Assembly (NCBI GenBank): GCA_965216565.1
Contig: OZ244170.1
Coordinates: 2,688,001-2,752,000, forward strand
Origin: Bythopirellula sp.
GTDB lineage: Bacteria > Planctomycetota > Planctomycetia > Pirellulales > Lacipirellulaceae
DNA: 64,000 nucleotides
Reading direction: 5' to 3'
This document shows positions 9,997 through 20,232 of this stretch, piece after piece; position 1 is the stretch's first letter; every line of letters begins with the position of its first letter. Both the position numbers and the translations under genes were made by a program. Under the pieces are notes generated by a model. That model did no database searches and had not been told where the DNA came from. It saw nothing but the letters and a program-made list of their open reading frames with translations.

Positions 9997-11196
9997 CTAC
10001 GCCCCAAATTTGCCGAGTCGGCCAGCGTTTGCCAGTGCCAGGGGCATGAGGTACTTGGCTTCGAATTGGCCCAGGCCGCCTTTGAGGCATTCCGCTTCGC
10101 CAAACTTTTCGCAGGGATCGGTGCGACAATGCTCGGCCACTAGCAGTGTGGGGACGGGGTGCCAACTGTGGCTGGCAAGCATCGCCGGCGTGCTATGATC
10201 GCCGGTGCAGATGAATACATCTGGCTTAAGTGCCATAATTCGCGGAACGCAGGTATCCACCTCTTCGGTCTTCTTTACTTTTGCATCAAAATCACCATCT
10301 TCGCCGGTGCTATCGGTGTATTTAAAGTGGATGAAGAAGAAATCGTACTTGTCCCAATTTTCTTCTAGCACCTGCATCTGTTCTTCTAGCGTTTGGGCTT
10401 CGCCGACAATGTCCATTCCCACTAAACGTGCCAATCCCTTGTACATCGGATAGACGGCGATCGCTGCGGATCGCAGGCCGTACACCTCTTCGTAGCTGGG
10501 CGGGTTGGGTTTGGCCGAAACTCCGCGTAGCGTACAGCCATTAGCCTTGGGTTGATCGGCAAGTAGCTCACGTGATTGACGAACAAACTCTTTGGCAACT
10601 TCAACTGTCTTCTCACTATCGGGATCGGTTGCACGCGGCTCAAGCGGTGGGACACCGGTGGCTTGGGGATCGGTATCGGCGACATTTCCGCCGAGGCCTT
10701 CACCGCGCAGAACCACCACGAAGCGATGCTCCTTGACGGGCTCCACAAATACTTCCACTCCTGGAATAGAGACTTCACGTAATTTCTTGGCCAGCGGTGC
10801 GCTTTCTTCCGTGGGAATTCGCCCCGCACGACGATCGGAAATGTTGCCCGCCGCGTCGAGTGTGCAGAAGTTGCAGCGAATCGCTACGTCGCCTTCTTGC
10901 AGCTCGAAACCGATGCCAGTGGCTTCCAGGGCACCGCGTCCGATGAGGTATTCCAACGGATCATAACCGAACAATCCCAAATGCCCCGGGCCGCTGCCGG
11001 GAGCAATGCCGGGCTTCACGGGAATGCTGCCGCCACAGATGCCGATCTTTGCCAGGGCGTCGAGATTCGGTGTGCTGGCCGCTTCGAGCTCGGTAGGTCC
11101 CCCCGGTTCTTGGGGCAAGCCACCGAGACCATCGGCGACGAGCATCACGATTTTCGAGTTGTTCTTTACTTGCAGCTGGCGAGTGAGGTTGTGCAT
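9997..11196 (-). CDS. apgM: 2,3-bisphosphoglycerate-independent phosphoglycerate mutase (archaeal ApgM type)
   Basis: ADGLGG, TELEAASTPNLD, PGSGPGHLGLFGYDP, GRGALEA, TGDHSTP, HSWHPVP. Confidence 0.93.
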   Translation of the reverse strand: MHNLTRQLQVKNNSKIVMLVADGLGGLPQEPGGPTELEAASTPNLDALAKIGICGGSIPVKPGIAPGSGPGHLGLFGYDPLEYLIGRGALEATGIGFELQEGDVAIRCNFCTLDAAGNISDRRAGRIPTEESAPLAKKLREVSIPGVEVFVEPVKEHRFVVVLRGEGLGGNVADTDPQATGVPPLEPRATDPDSEKTVEVAKEFVRQSRELLADQPKANGCTLRGVSAKPNPPSYEEVYGLRSAAIAVYPMYKGLARLVGMDIVGEAQTLEEQMQVLEENWDKYDFFFIHFKYTDSTGEDGDFDAKVKKTEEVDTCVPRIMALKPDVFICTGDHSTPAMLASHSWHPVPTLLVAEHCRTDPCEKFGEAECLKGGLGQFEAKYLMPLALANAGRLGKFGA

Positions 11197-11347
11197 TGTC
11201 AGTGAGGAGAGGTCAGGGGGCAAAAAGACAGGGATCGGGGGTGCATACTCTGCACTAGCAATCGTCTATCGTCGCGATTGAGCCTTCGACTGGCAAGGGC
11301 TCGCCTGTTAAGTGACTTGTGCCAAGGGATTCGCACCGCCCCACCCG

Positions 11348-11375
11348 TTGCGACCTACCCGCCTGCGGGTAAAAT
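11348..11375 (+). promoter_or_regulatory. Candidate sigma70 promoter for pgi
   Basis: TTGCGA-N16-TAAAAT about 40 bp upstream of the start. Confidence 0.4.
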
Positions 11376-11417
11376 CGGTAGCTTCCCTCCCCAAATCTGG
11401 ATTTAGTGAGTAACCGA

Positions 11418-12836
11418 ATGTCTAGCGATATGATTTCCTACGATCCCTCAGGGGTCTACTTGCCCGAACATGGGCTTCAGTCTGACGATTTGGCAGGCAT
11501 TTCCGGCGAGCTCCAGACGGCTCGTGATGAAGTGCTCGCTGACCTGAAACTTTGGGCCGAGGACGGCGAGGTTCCTCCAAAAAAGCAACCCTTAGACGCG
11601 GGATTCCATCAGCTTCCCGAACGACTTCTGACCGAGTTTCATGACCTCGGCGCACGCAGCGAAGTTGGCCGCATCAAAGCCACCGCGGATCGATTGGCAG
11701 CGGAAGTCGATCGTGTGGTGATCCTGGGAATTGGGGGATCGTACATGGGTGCGCGGGCACTCCTCGAATCCCTATGTCATCCGTATTACAACGAAGTACC
11801 GCGCGCGATGCGTGGCGATCGTCCGCGGATTTCCTTTGAGGGAAATAACGTCGACAACGATGCGATGCAGGGCCTTATCGATTTACTGAAGTACGACCCC
11901 GCGGGGGATTCCGTCGAATCTCGCTGGGCCATCAATGTAATCAGCAAATCTGGCGGAACGCTTGAGACAGCCGCGGCATTTCGCATATTGCTAGATCAGT
12001 TGCGACGGGCCAGTGGCGGCGATGCCTCTAGGCTGGCGGAGTTGGTGGTTCCCGTCACCGGCACCTCGGGCAAGCTATTTGATTTGGCCACTGAATTGGG
12101 ATGCAAAGAAATCTTCCCGGTACCCGATGGCGTGGGTGGGCGTTTCTCGGTTCTCTCAGCAGTGGGTCTGTTGCCGGCAGCTATCATGGGGCTCGACATC
12201 GTCCAACTACTCGAAGGCGCCGTGGCGATGAACGAACATTTCCGCGATGCGGAAGTCGGTGAAAATGTGGTGCTCGACTACGTAGGTATCTGCCATTTGC
12301 TAGAGACCAAGCGCGGATGCGACATTCGTCTGCTTTCCACTTGGGGCAAACGTCTGGAGGCAGTCGGTTTATGGTACGATCAACTGCTCGCGGAAAGTTT
12401 AGGCAAAGAAGAGCGTGGGGCGATGCCGCTGACGGTCGTCAACACGCGTGACTTGCATTCGCGGGGCCAACAACACCAGGAAGGCAAACGCGACAAGATC
12501 ATCACGAATGTGATTGTCGATTCGCATGAGCGCGATGCCCTGGCCATCGGCAAGAGCGAGCTCAATCAAGACCAGCTCAACGAACTCGCTGACAAAACGC
12601 TACCCGATGTACTGGATGCTGCCACTCAGGGGACCAATCAGGCCTACCGCGAAGACAATCGGCCCACCGCCGATTTGCACCTCCCGGCGCTCAGCGAGCA
12701 TATATTGGGACAGTTATTTCAAATGTTCATGTTGGCTACCGTGGCGGAAGGCCGTTTGATCGACATCAACCCGTACGGCCAACCAGGCGTGGAAGCCTAT
12801 AAGAAGAATATGAACCGAATACTACGCGAAGAGTGA
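11418..12836 (+). CDS. pgi: Glucose-6-phosphate isomerase
   Basis: GIGGSYMG, SKSGGTLET, VGGRFSVLS, QLLAESLGK, DLHSRGQ, QPGVEAYK. Confidence 0.96.
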   Translation: MSSDMISYDPSGVYLPEHGLQSDDLAGISGELQTARDEVLADLKLWAEDGEVPPKKQPLDAGFHQLPERLLTEFHDLGARSEVGRIKATADRLAAEVDRVVILGIGGSYMGARALLESLCHPYYNEVPRAMRGDRPRISFEGNNVDNDAMQGLIDLLKYDPAGDSVESRWAINVISKSGGTLETAAAFRILLDQLRRASGGDASRLAELVVPVTGTSGKLFDLATELGCKEIFPVPDGVGGRFSVLSAVGLLPAAIMGLDIVQLLEGAVAMNEHFRDAEVGENVVLDYVGICHLLETKRGCDIRLLSTWGKRLEAVGLWYDQLLAESLGKEERGAMPLTVVNTRDLHSRGQQHQEGKRDKIITNVIVDSHERDALAIGKSELNQDQLNELADKTLPDVLDAATQGTNQAYREDNRPTADLHLPALSEHILGQLFQMFMLATVAEGRLIDINPYGQPGVEAYKKNMNRILREE

Positions 12837-12841
12837 TTCGC

Positions 12842-12895
12842 CCGCGAAACCGCAAGCGGAAGTTGGCTCTGTGAGCATCGCTTGCGGTTTCGCGG
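12842..12895. repeat. Perfect 17-bp inverted repeat (REP doublet) directly upstream of the RAYT gene
   Basis: CCGCGAAACCGCAAGCG (12842-12858) and CGCTTGCGGTTTCGCGG (12879-12895). Confidence 0.85.
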
Positions 12896-12898
12896 TCA

Positions 12899-13504
12899 TT
12901 GGAGCTCCCCTTGGTTGCAGCTTATCATCTCATCTGGACCAACTATGGATATTGGCTCCCGAACGATCCTCGGGGGAGCACGTCGCGGGAAATCCGCTCC
13001 GCCAAAATCAGTTCCTTAGGGGAGTTGCACTACGGTCGCAAGAGAATTCAACCTGCGAGAAATGTGATTCGCGAATTCCACCGAGAGGCCAAAGCTGTGC
13101 TGAAACATCCATTTCGATGCTTCAACTCGGAAGAGATCGAAACGATAGCTCACAGTTTTGCCGCAGCGGTCCAACGCCACACCTACACTTGTTACGCCTG
13201 TGCTATTATGCCCGATCATGTTCACGTCATCATCCGCAAGCATCGCGACAAAGCGGAGCAAATGATTAAGCATCTGCAGGACGCGAGCCGGAAGGCTTTG
13301 CACGAAATATTCTTTCAAGAAGATCATCCCGTTTGGGGTGGCCCCGGTTGGAAGGTCTTTCTGGAAACTCGGGAGGACATTCAGCGTACGGTCCACTATG
13401 TTGAACAGAACCCCGTCGAAATCGAGCGTCACGCACAGAGTTGGCCATTTGTGAAGGCGTATGACGGCTGGCTACCAGGACACTCCACAAAACTCCCTAT
13501 CTAA
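12899..13504 (+). CDS. REP-associated tyrosine transposase (RAYT-like, Y1 HUH family)
   Basis: YHLIWTNYGYWLP, HUH motif IMPDHVH, catalytic Tyr in YVEQNPV; adjacent palindrome. Confidence 0.85.
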   Translation: MELPLVAAYHLIWTNYGYWLPNDPRGSTSREIRSAKISSLGELHYGRKRIQPARNVIREFHREAKAVLKHPFRCFNSEEIETIAHSFAAAVQRHTYTCYACAIMPDHVHVIIRKHRDKAEQMIKHLQDASRKALHEIFFQEDHPVWGGPGWKVFLETREDIQRTVHYVEQNPVEIERHAQSWPFVKAYDGWLPGHSTKLPI

Positions 13505-13517
13505 AAAGAATGAACCC

Positions 13518-14210
13518 ATGTGCAATACCGAAATCACTTGGCTGGGACATTCCACATTCGCTCTTCGCACGGGCGAATTCGATGTTCTGGTGGATCCCTT
13601 TCTAGACGACTCGCCGGTGGCCCCCGTGAAGTCGGGCGACGTAGAGGCTGACTTTATCCTGATCACGCATGGCCATTTCGATCACATCGGCGATACGATT
13701 GCGATAGCACAACGCACAGGTGCAAAGGTCGTGGCTAACTATGAGATCGGCAATTGGCTCGTGAAGCAAGGTCTGGAGGAGGAGCGAGTCGCTGCGATGA
13801 ATTTTGGCGGCGCGGTGCAATTACCCATCGGTCAGGTAAAAATGACGCCAGCGCTACACAGCAGCAGTTTGCCCGACGGCACGTATGCGGGGAATCCTGC
13901 TGGCTATATTTTGAATTTGCCCGAGGGGCGCGTCTATTTTGCTGGCGATACCGCTCTGATGCTCGACATGAAGCTGATCGGCATAGGCGGGTTGGAACTG
14001 GCGGTGCTACCCATCGGCGATTTCTATACGATGGGTCCTGAGGATTCCGTGGAGGCCATCAAGCTGCTTAATCCGCGTCGCGTGCTGCCCTGCCACTACA
14101 ACACTATGCCGGGGATTAAGCAGGACGCTGCCGCCTGGGCTGATAACGTCCGCCGAAATACGGCCGCGGAACCGACTGTGCTGGAGCCCGGCGGCAAGTT
14201 TACCCTCTAG
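13518..14210 (+). CDS. UPF0173-type metal-dependent hydrolase (MBL fold)
   Basis: ITWLGHS, VDPF, THGHFDH, AGDT, LPIGDFYTMGP, PCHYNT. Confidence 0.92.
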   Translation: MCNTEITWLGHSTFALRTGEFDVLVDPFLDDSPVAPVKSGDVEADFILITHGHFDHIGDTIAIAQRTGAKVVANYEIGNWLVKQGLEEERVAAMNFGGAVQLPIGQVKMTPALHSSSLPDGTYAGNPAGYILNLPEGRVYFAGDTALMLDMKLIGIGGLELAVLPIGDFYTMGPEDSVEAIKLLNPRRVLPCHYNTMPGIKQDAAAWADNVRRNTAAEPTVLEPGGKFTL

Positions 14211-14219
14211 AGGACCAAC

Positions 14220-15158
14220 ATGATTGTTCAATCGTGGCGAGTGTTATTGCTGGTCGTGGCAATTTCGACTGCAGCGCAAGCCGAAGAGGTCGCCCTGCGT
14301 TGGAAGTTTACCCCAGGTGAAAGCACGAGATTCTCGCTCTCTCAGCAAACTCAGTTAGATCTGCAATTGCAAGCGGGTAGCGAAGTCGAAGCCAGCGTCG
14401 ATCGGGAATTCAAATTTCGCTGGTCCGTTGACAAGACTGAGGACGATGGGAGTGGCTGGGTTTCGATTAATATGGAGGCGATTCGCCTAACAGTCACCGG
14501 ACCAGGAGGACAAGAAACAGAATTTGACTCCGAGAGTAAAGAGGAGCCCCGTGGTTACGCTGCTACATTAGCCCCTTTGTTTCGAATCATGCTCAAGTCG
14601 GAGTTGAAAGCCCAACTGACGCCCGAGGGTGATATCCTTGATTTGCAGATTCCCGAAGACCTGGAACTTGTTCTCAGCACCAAACCGGTTGGCAAGGCGC
14701 TGGGAACTTTGGGCACGAAGGAAGATTTGATCGCCATCGTCACCCTGGCCATGCCCAAGTTTGGGGAGGAGTCCTTGAAAGTCGGCGAACACTGGACCGC
14801 TGAGCAGGCACGCGACGCAGAGCCTTTCGGTGCGGCTGTTTCCGAAACGCAATACAAGCTGGTTTCTGTCGACGATCAAAACGATCAGCAATTGATAACA
14901 ATTGTGCCGAGCTCAAAGATCGAACTGATCGAATCCGACGACGGCAAGCCAAAGACAGAGATCGTCGCCCAGCAATCAACTGGGCAGTTGGTGTTTAACA
15001 TCACACAGGGTCGTCCGACTTCCTACGATTTTGAGGAGGAGTTAGAGATTGAAACCAGCGGAGCCGATCAGCCTGCCACGGGCACCATCAAGCACTCACT
15101 TCGCTTAAGCCAGTTGGAAGAGGAAGAGGACAAACTCGCCGAACCAGAAGAAAACTAA
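14220..15158 (+). CDS. Secreted hypothetical protein (DUF6263-like)
   Basis: Signal peptide, LRWKF start of mature protein, FDSES, VGEHW. Confidence 0.65.
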   Translation: MIVQSWRVLLLVVAISTAAQAEEVALRWKFTPGESTRFSLSQQTQLDLQLQAGSEVEASVDREFKFRWSVDKTEDDGSGWVSINMEAIRLTVTGPGGQETEFDSESKEEPRGYAATLAPLFRIMLKSELKAQLTPEGDILDLQIPEDLELVLSTKPVGKALGTLGTKEDLIAIVTLAMPKFGEESLKVGEHWTAEQARDAEPFGAAVSETQYKLVSVDDQNDQQLITIVPSSKIELIESDDGKPKTEIVAQQSTGQLVFNITQGRPTSYDFEEELEIETSGADQPATGTIKHSLRLSQLEEEEDKLAEPEEN

Positions 15159-15177
15159 AGCCGTTCGGTAAGTTCAC

Positions 15178-15225
15178 TAGCCGGACCGCCACGCGGTCCG
15201 GCGGAGGCAGGTGTGCCTCCGGCTA
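15178..15225. repeat. REP-like family B, copy 2
   Basis: TAGCCGGACCGCCACGCGGTCCGGCGGAGGCAGGTGTGCCTCCGGCTA between convergent genes. Confidence 0.85.
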
Positions 15226-15277
15226 ATTCAGAATGAATAGTCTTTCAGAATGAATAGTCTACCTTCGTCATAGCAGA

Positions 15278-15610
15278 CTATTCTTGCGTCACCTCAGGTT
15301 TGGGTAGCTTCACCTGAATCTCGCCATCTAGGACGCGGACTTCGTAGGTTTCGATTTTGAGCGTGGGATTGTCGCACCACGTGCCCTCGCACACGTCAAA
15401 TCGCCAAGCGTGCCAGGGGCAGGTCACGACACCCTCTTCGTCCAGTTGACCAGCACCCAGCGAAGCCCCCATGTGCGGGCAGAGGTCGTTGATCGCAAAG
15501 TAATTTCCCTGCCGATTGAATACGGCCACCAGCCGATCTCCGATGGTAAAGCTCCCGCCCTGCCCTTCGGCAATCGCACCTTCCTTCGCAACGGTCACAA
15601 ATTCGCACAT
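15278..15610 (-). CDS. Rieske [2Fe-2S] ferredoxin (NirD/dioxygenase-ferredoxin-like)
   Basis: CPHMG and CPWHAWRF Rieske motifs. Confidence 0.92.
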   Translation of the reverse strand: MCEFVTVAKEGAIAEGQGGSFTIGDRLVAVFNRQGNYFAINDLCPHMGASLGAGQLDEEGVVTCPWHAWRFDVCEGTWCDNPTLKIETYEVRVLDGEIQVKLPKPEVTQE

Positions 15611-15748
15611 CGGCATTCCAGTCTGATCGGATCGACGGGGGTTCGATCGGGCCAAGTATCTAGTAGAATTAAGTTTAGACGGGAGGCATCGATTTGGCCA
15701 AGTGCCCCCAGCTTGCAACTTCAAATGATCCGGGTCCGCTGCAGATTG

Positions 15749-16084
15749 ATGAGCAAACCTGAAGTGAATACATCCGCAACTGACGTTTCCTTGCGAGACT
15801 TCCAGCGATTGATCCGGGAGATGTACCTGGAAAAAGACATTGCTCGAGGGATCGATGGCACCTTCATGTGGCTCATGGAGGAAGTGGGAGAACTGGCATC
15901 GGCACTGCGTGAAGGTACCGCGGAAGAAAAGGCGGCAGAATTTGCCGATGTTCTGGCCTGGCTAACCACGATTGCAAATGTGGCAGAAGTCGATCTCACT
16001 CGGGCCGTCTCAGATAAGTATGGTTCCGGGTGCCCTGGCTGCGGCCTATTTATTTGCACCTGTGCAGACTCGGAGAAACCGTGA
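15749..16084 (+). CDS. MazG-like nucleotide pyrophosphohydrolase with C-terminal Cys cluster
   Basis: WLMEEVGELA...EFADVLAW; C-terminal CPGCGLFICTC. Confidence 0.85.
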   Translation: MSKPEVNTSATDVSLRDFQRLIREMYLEKDIARGIDGTFMWLMEEVGELASALREGTAEEKAAEFADVLAWLTTIANVAEVDLTRAVSDKYGSGCPGCGLFICTCADSEKP

Positions 16085-18318
16085 AGCCGTTCATCTCCTC
16101 TGCATTTCTCTTCGGGTTGGTCATGAGTGCTCTGTGCTGGGTAGCCCCACAAGCAACTCATGCCCAAGACGTAACCAAGCCACAGATCAAGGACCTGAGG
16201 ATCGGATTCGATGGCGCCTACAAGCTAGGTAGCTGGACGCCTGTAGAAGTAGACCTCCAAGGTGGCAGCGAACAACTCACTGGCCAAGTGATCGTTACCG
16301 CGCCGGATAGTGACGGCGTACCGGTATCTGTGAGCACGCCCTCCGATCGCCCTGTGGGCGTAACTCCCCAATCGTCGACGACGGTGCGTCTCTTCATCCG
16401 AGTGGGTAAGTCGGAGAGTTCGATCAAAGTGGCCTTCGTCGTCGAGGGGAAGGTACGCGCCGAGAGAACCTTCCATGTTGGCATAGAAACCGACGGGCAA
16501 CTTTTGTTAGATGGTCTGCCGGCCACGAGCCGGTTGCATGTTCAGTTTGGCCCTGCTCTGGGGCTGGGGATGTTGGTGAAAGAGCCTGAAGACACCAGTC
16601 CTCTAGTCACCACCACGATCCGACAGTTATCTCGGGCCGATCAACTGCCCACGGAATGGTACGGCTACGAAGGCGTCGATACCGTCCTGTTGACTACCTC
16701 CGAGGTGGAGTTGTACCGTCCCTTATTACAGAGCACAAAACGAGTCGATGCCCTTTTTGATTGGGTCCAGCATGGCGGTCGACTGGCATTGTTTTGCGGC
16801 CAAGAGGCTGAAGAGTTGCTGGGCGAGGATGGAGTGCTTACCAGATTTGTCCCCGGGAAATTCGACGCGCTCGTCCCCCTGCGGCAGTCGCTACCCCTCG
16901 AGTCTTTTAGCGGCTCCGACGAACCCCTGTCTCGCAACCGGAGAATCAGTCTTCAAGTTCCCAAGCTCATCGACGTACACGGACAAATCCTGGCTTCCAG
17001 CGGTGGCAACGAGCGAGATTTGCCTCTAGTCATTCGCAGTCGATTAGGCTTGGGGGAAGTCGTGTTCGTCGGGCTCGATTTCGACCGCCCCCCATTGGCA
17101 GACTGGAAAGGCAGAAACGCCTTCTTGCGGAAGGCGCTCGATTGGCCCCGGAAAACTAACGCCCAGCAAAAATCGAACTCCGCCGTGTACGACCAACCTG
17201 CCGACATGTCGGCAAAGCTGCGTAACGCACTCGACAGCAAGTTTGCTGGCGTATCGACCATCCCTTTCTTTCTGGTTGGTGCCTTGGTCGTCGGCTACAT
17301 CCTACTCATCGGCCCCGGCGATTATTTCTTTGTGAGCCGCGTGCTGAAACGTGCCGAGCTCACGTGGATTACTTTTCCCGTGATCGTGGCCAGCGTTTCG
17401 GTCGGCGCCTACTTCCTAGCCGCGTGGCTGAAGGGCGACCAGATGCGCGTGAACCAGGTTGAAATCGTCGACGTCGTAACTTCCACCGGTCAGGTACGTG
17501 GCACGGTATGGACACACTTTTTCACGCCCCGCGTGGAGAAATTCGATCTGAGTCTGGAGCCAAAGTTCCTTGGCGAAAGCGAAATCCCCAGCTCAGAGGA
17601 ACTCGTTTCTTGGTTGGGACTGCCCGGCTACTCCCAAGGGGGCATGCAAGACATGAGTGGGCAGGCGACCATCTTCGATCGTGGCTATCGCTTCGACGAC
17701 TCGCTCTCCACGATGCTGGGAGTTCCTGTCCAGCTGTGGTCCACCAAAACTCTTGCTGCCGATTGGCAAGCGAAAATCGATTCGCCGTTGCAGTCTGAAC
17801 TGCGACCCGATGGGGAAGAATTGGTAGCCGGTCAAATCACCAATTCCTCGGGCACGATGCTCGAAGACGCTGTGTTGCTTTACGGCACCTGGGCTTACTA
17901 TCTGGGCAAAATCTCACCCGATGGAATTGTGAACGTCGATGACGACCTTCAGCCTCGGACTGTGAAAACGTCCCTCACCAGTGCCACGGCGGGCGATACG
18001 ACGGAGCAACGCACGGCCGACGATGGAACCGTGCCGTTCCGTTGGGCGGAGTCCGATGTCTCGCGGCTATTGAAGGCCACCATGTTTTTTGAAGCGATTA
18101 ACGGACAACAGTATACGGGAAGTTTGAACCGCTATCTGAATTCGATCGACCTTAGCCATTTGCTTAAGCAGAAGGATGTCGCCATCCTCTTGGCGAAAAC
18201 TAGTGCGGACAGTAGCCAATGGATGAACGGAGTCAAACCACTGGCGAGCGACGAAGACCGGCATTGGACGTACTATCGTTTTGTACTCCCCGTGAACGAA
18301 GAAACCCCTAATCTCTAG
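16081..18318 (+). CDS. Large membrane-anchored hypothetical protein associated with an ABC ATPase
   Basis: GTGA overlap with mazG; signal peptide, WVQHGGRL, two TM helices around LIGPGDYF. Confidence 0.75.
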   Translation: MKPFISSAFLFGLVMSALCWVAPQATHAQDVTKPQIKDLRIGFDGAYKLGSWTPVEVDLQGGSEQLTGQVIVTAPDSDGVPVSVSTPSDRPVGVTPQSSTTVRLFIRVGKSESSIKVAFVVEGKVRAERTFHVGIETDGQLLLDGLPATSRLHVQFGPALGLGMLVKEPEDTSPLVTTTIRQLSRADQLPTEWYGYEGVDTVLLTTSEVELYRPLLQSTKRVDALFDWVQHGGRLALFCGQEAEELLGEDGVLTRFVPGKFDALVPLRQSLPLESFSGSDEPLSRNRRISLQVPKLIDVHGQILASSGGNERDLPLVIRSRLGLGEVVFVGLDFDRPPLADWKGRNAFLRKALDWPRKTNAQQKSNSAVYDQPADMSAKLRNALDSKFAGVSTIPFFLVGALVVGYILLIGPGDYFFVSRVLKRAELTWITFPVIVASVSVGAYFLAAWLKGDQMRVNQVEIVDVVTSTGQVRGTVWTHFFTPRVEKFDLSLEPKFLGESEIPSSEELVSWLGLPGYSQGGMQDMSGQATIFDRGYRFDDSLSTMLGVPVQLWSTKTLAADWQAKIDSPLQSELRPDGEELVAGQITNSSGTMLEDAVLLYGTWAYYLGKISPDGIVNVDDDLQPRTVKTSLTSATAGDTTEQRTADDGTVPFRWAESDVSRLLKATMFFEAINGQQYTGSLNRYLNSIDLSHLLKQKDVAILLAKTSADSSQWMNGVKPLASDEDRHWTYYRFVLPVNEETPNL

Positions 18319-18347
18319 CCCCTAACACCTAGCCCCTATCGAACACC

Positions 18348-19274
18348 GTGATTGAAGTACGCGACCTCACCAAAAAATACGCAGATCTCTTTGCTATCCA
18401 TAAGATCGAGCTCAAGCTCGACAAAGGGGATGTGTTTGGATTTATCGGTCCCAACGGGGCTGGAAAAACCACCACCATGCGTATCCTGGCGACGCTGCTG
18501 AATCCCACCTGGGGCGAGGCTTACGTCGGCGGCTATTCGATCTATACGAAGCCCAAAGAAATTCGCCGCATCATTGGCTACATGCCCGACTTTTTTGGCG
18601 TGTACGACAATATGCAGGTGATTGAGTATCTGGAATTCTTCGCCGCAGCCTACCGTATCAAAGGGCCCGAGCGTCGCAAGATTTGCGATGAGGTACTGGA
18701 ATTGGTCGACTTGGGCTACAAACGCAACGAGTTAGTTACCAGTCTGTCTCGTGGCATGACGCAGCGATTGGGCCTGGCCCGTGTTCTGCTGCACGATCCG
18801 CAAGTGCTGCTGCTGGACGAACCGGCCAGTGGGCTCGATCCGCGGGCACGGATCGAGATTCGTGGTTTGCTCAAAGAGCTGCGCAACATGGGCAAAACGA
18901 TTATGGTCTCCAGCCATATCCTGCCCGAGCTAGCCGACATCTGCAATAAGATTGGCATCATCGAGCGGGGTGAACTTATCGTCAACGCGGATGTTTCGGA
19001 GGTCATGCGTCAAGTTCGGCAGCAAACTGTCTTGCAAATCGACGTGGCTGGCGACCGCGAGGCAGCCGCCAAATTGATCGAGTCTCACGAGACGGTCGAG
19101 AAGATCGAAATCGACGACGAAGCTATCCGTGTGACACTCACCCCCGGCGACCACGACTACAGCCAACTGGCTCGATTACTCGTCGAGAACGGCCACGCCT
19201 TGACTCGGCTAGGCGAGGAAGAGATCAACCTGGAAACCGCGTTCATGACGCTGACCAAGGGGATTACTTCTTAG
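18348..19274 (+). CDS. ABC transporter ATP-binding protein (ABC-2/DrrA-like)
   Basis: GPNGAGKTT, LSRGM, LLLDEPASGLDP, SSH. Confidence 0.95.
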   Translation: MIEVRDLTKKYADLFAIHKIELKLDKGDVFGFIGPNGAGKTTTMRILATLLNPTWGEAYVGGYSIYTKPKEIRRIIGYMPDFFGVYDNMQVIEYLEFFAAAYRIKGPERRKICDEVLELVDLGYKRNELVTSLSRGMTQRLGLARVLLHDPQVLLLDEPASGLDPRARIEIRGLLKELRNMGKTIMVSSHILPELADICNKIGIIERGELIVNADVSEVMRQVRQQTVLQIDVAGDREAAAKLIESHETVEKIEIDDEAIRVTLTPGDHDYSQLARLLVENGHALTRLGEEEINLETAFMTLTKGITS

Positions 19275-19367
19275 CCACACTTGCGACCAGCGTGCTCTCA
19301 TCAACATCCCTTCCAGATTGCCAATTGCCAATTGGCAATGGCCAAATTACAATCTGAAGTCCCACTT

Positions 19368-19440
19368 GCCCCGTTCGTCTAGTGGCCCAGGACACCGCCC
19401 TCTCACGGCGGAGACAGGGGTTCGACTCCCCTACGGGGTA
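19368..19440 (+). tRNA. tRNA-Glu(CUC)
   Basis: GCCCCGTTCGTCTAGTGGCCCAGGACACCGCCCTCTCACGGCGGAGACAGGGGTTCGACTCCCCTACGGGGTA; anticodon stem CCGCC/GGCGG, anticodon CTC. Confidence 0.96.
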
Positions 19441-20163
19441 TACTATAATCTTGTACAGCACTGCAAGTCGCGGCAGCTGGCGGTACTTGAGCCCTGTTTT
19501 CTTGGGGCTTTTTTACTTTCTTCACTTTTTTGCTTCCCTCTGCGCTCGAGTGCTGCGCCGTATTTTGCGGCCCTGTTATGACAGAAAGTGCGCCGCATTC
19601 TGCGCCGCTTTGATCGGGGTCGATTTCTAATGCTTTCGCAAAGTGATCATCCATCAATTGAAGGTAATGGCGGCTCGCGATGATTGCTGAGTTTCCGATC
19701 CAATCACAGACCACGTGCAAGGGATGCTTCTCTGTAAGTTCGGTCTCTCTGCTAGCCCGTAGGTTATGAAACAATTGTTCCCATGCCTTCACACCGGCTC
19801 GCCGGAGTATTATCTGAAACTGGGTGCGAAAACTCTGATTCTTGCACCGATATCGGTTGATCACAAACTCAGTTCCCGCCTTGGCCTGATCGAAAGCCGC
19901 CTCTAGGTAAGGACACATTTCAGGGAATAGGGGAAGAGTCCGATAACTGCCACCGGGAAGATGCTCAGTCTTGGGGCTCGGCACACTGATTCGGTTATTC
20001 TCCCAATCAACGTCTCCCCATCGTATTGCCAAGTGTTCGCTAGGGCACTCAGGCCACTGAAACGGCTCAGCACCACGATTAACTGCCATTCCACATCAGG
20101 ACAAGCGGCAAGCACTTTAGGTACGCTTCGATTCGATGGGCTACAATTATTTGGCGCTGACAT
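19403..20163 (-). pseudogene. Tyrosine recombinase/integrase remnant (frameshifted, N-terminally truncated)
   Basis: KVLAACPD.EWQLIVVLSRFSGL in one frame continues as CPSEHLAIRWGDVDW...KTEH...FHNLRASRETEL...WIGNS...HYLQ in another; abuts the tRNA-Glu 3' end. Confidence 0.85.
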
Positions 20164-20232
20164 GAAAGCATTTGCAAATAGATCAACCTCGGGGAGAGTA
20201 CCGGCAAGCAGCGGAACTAACCACTTGTAAAT

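Noticed and set aside
19316..19352. Heptamer-like repeats (ATTGCCA); similar at 18315-18337 and 45457-45485
   Set aside because: Short low-complexity intergenic repeats with no evidence of a specific function
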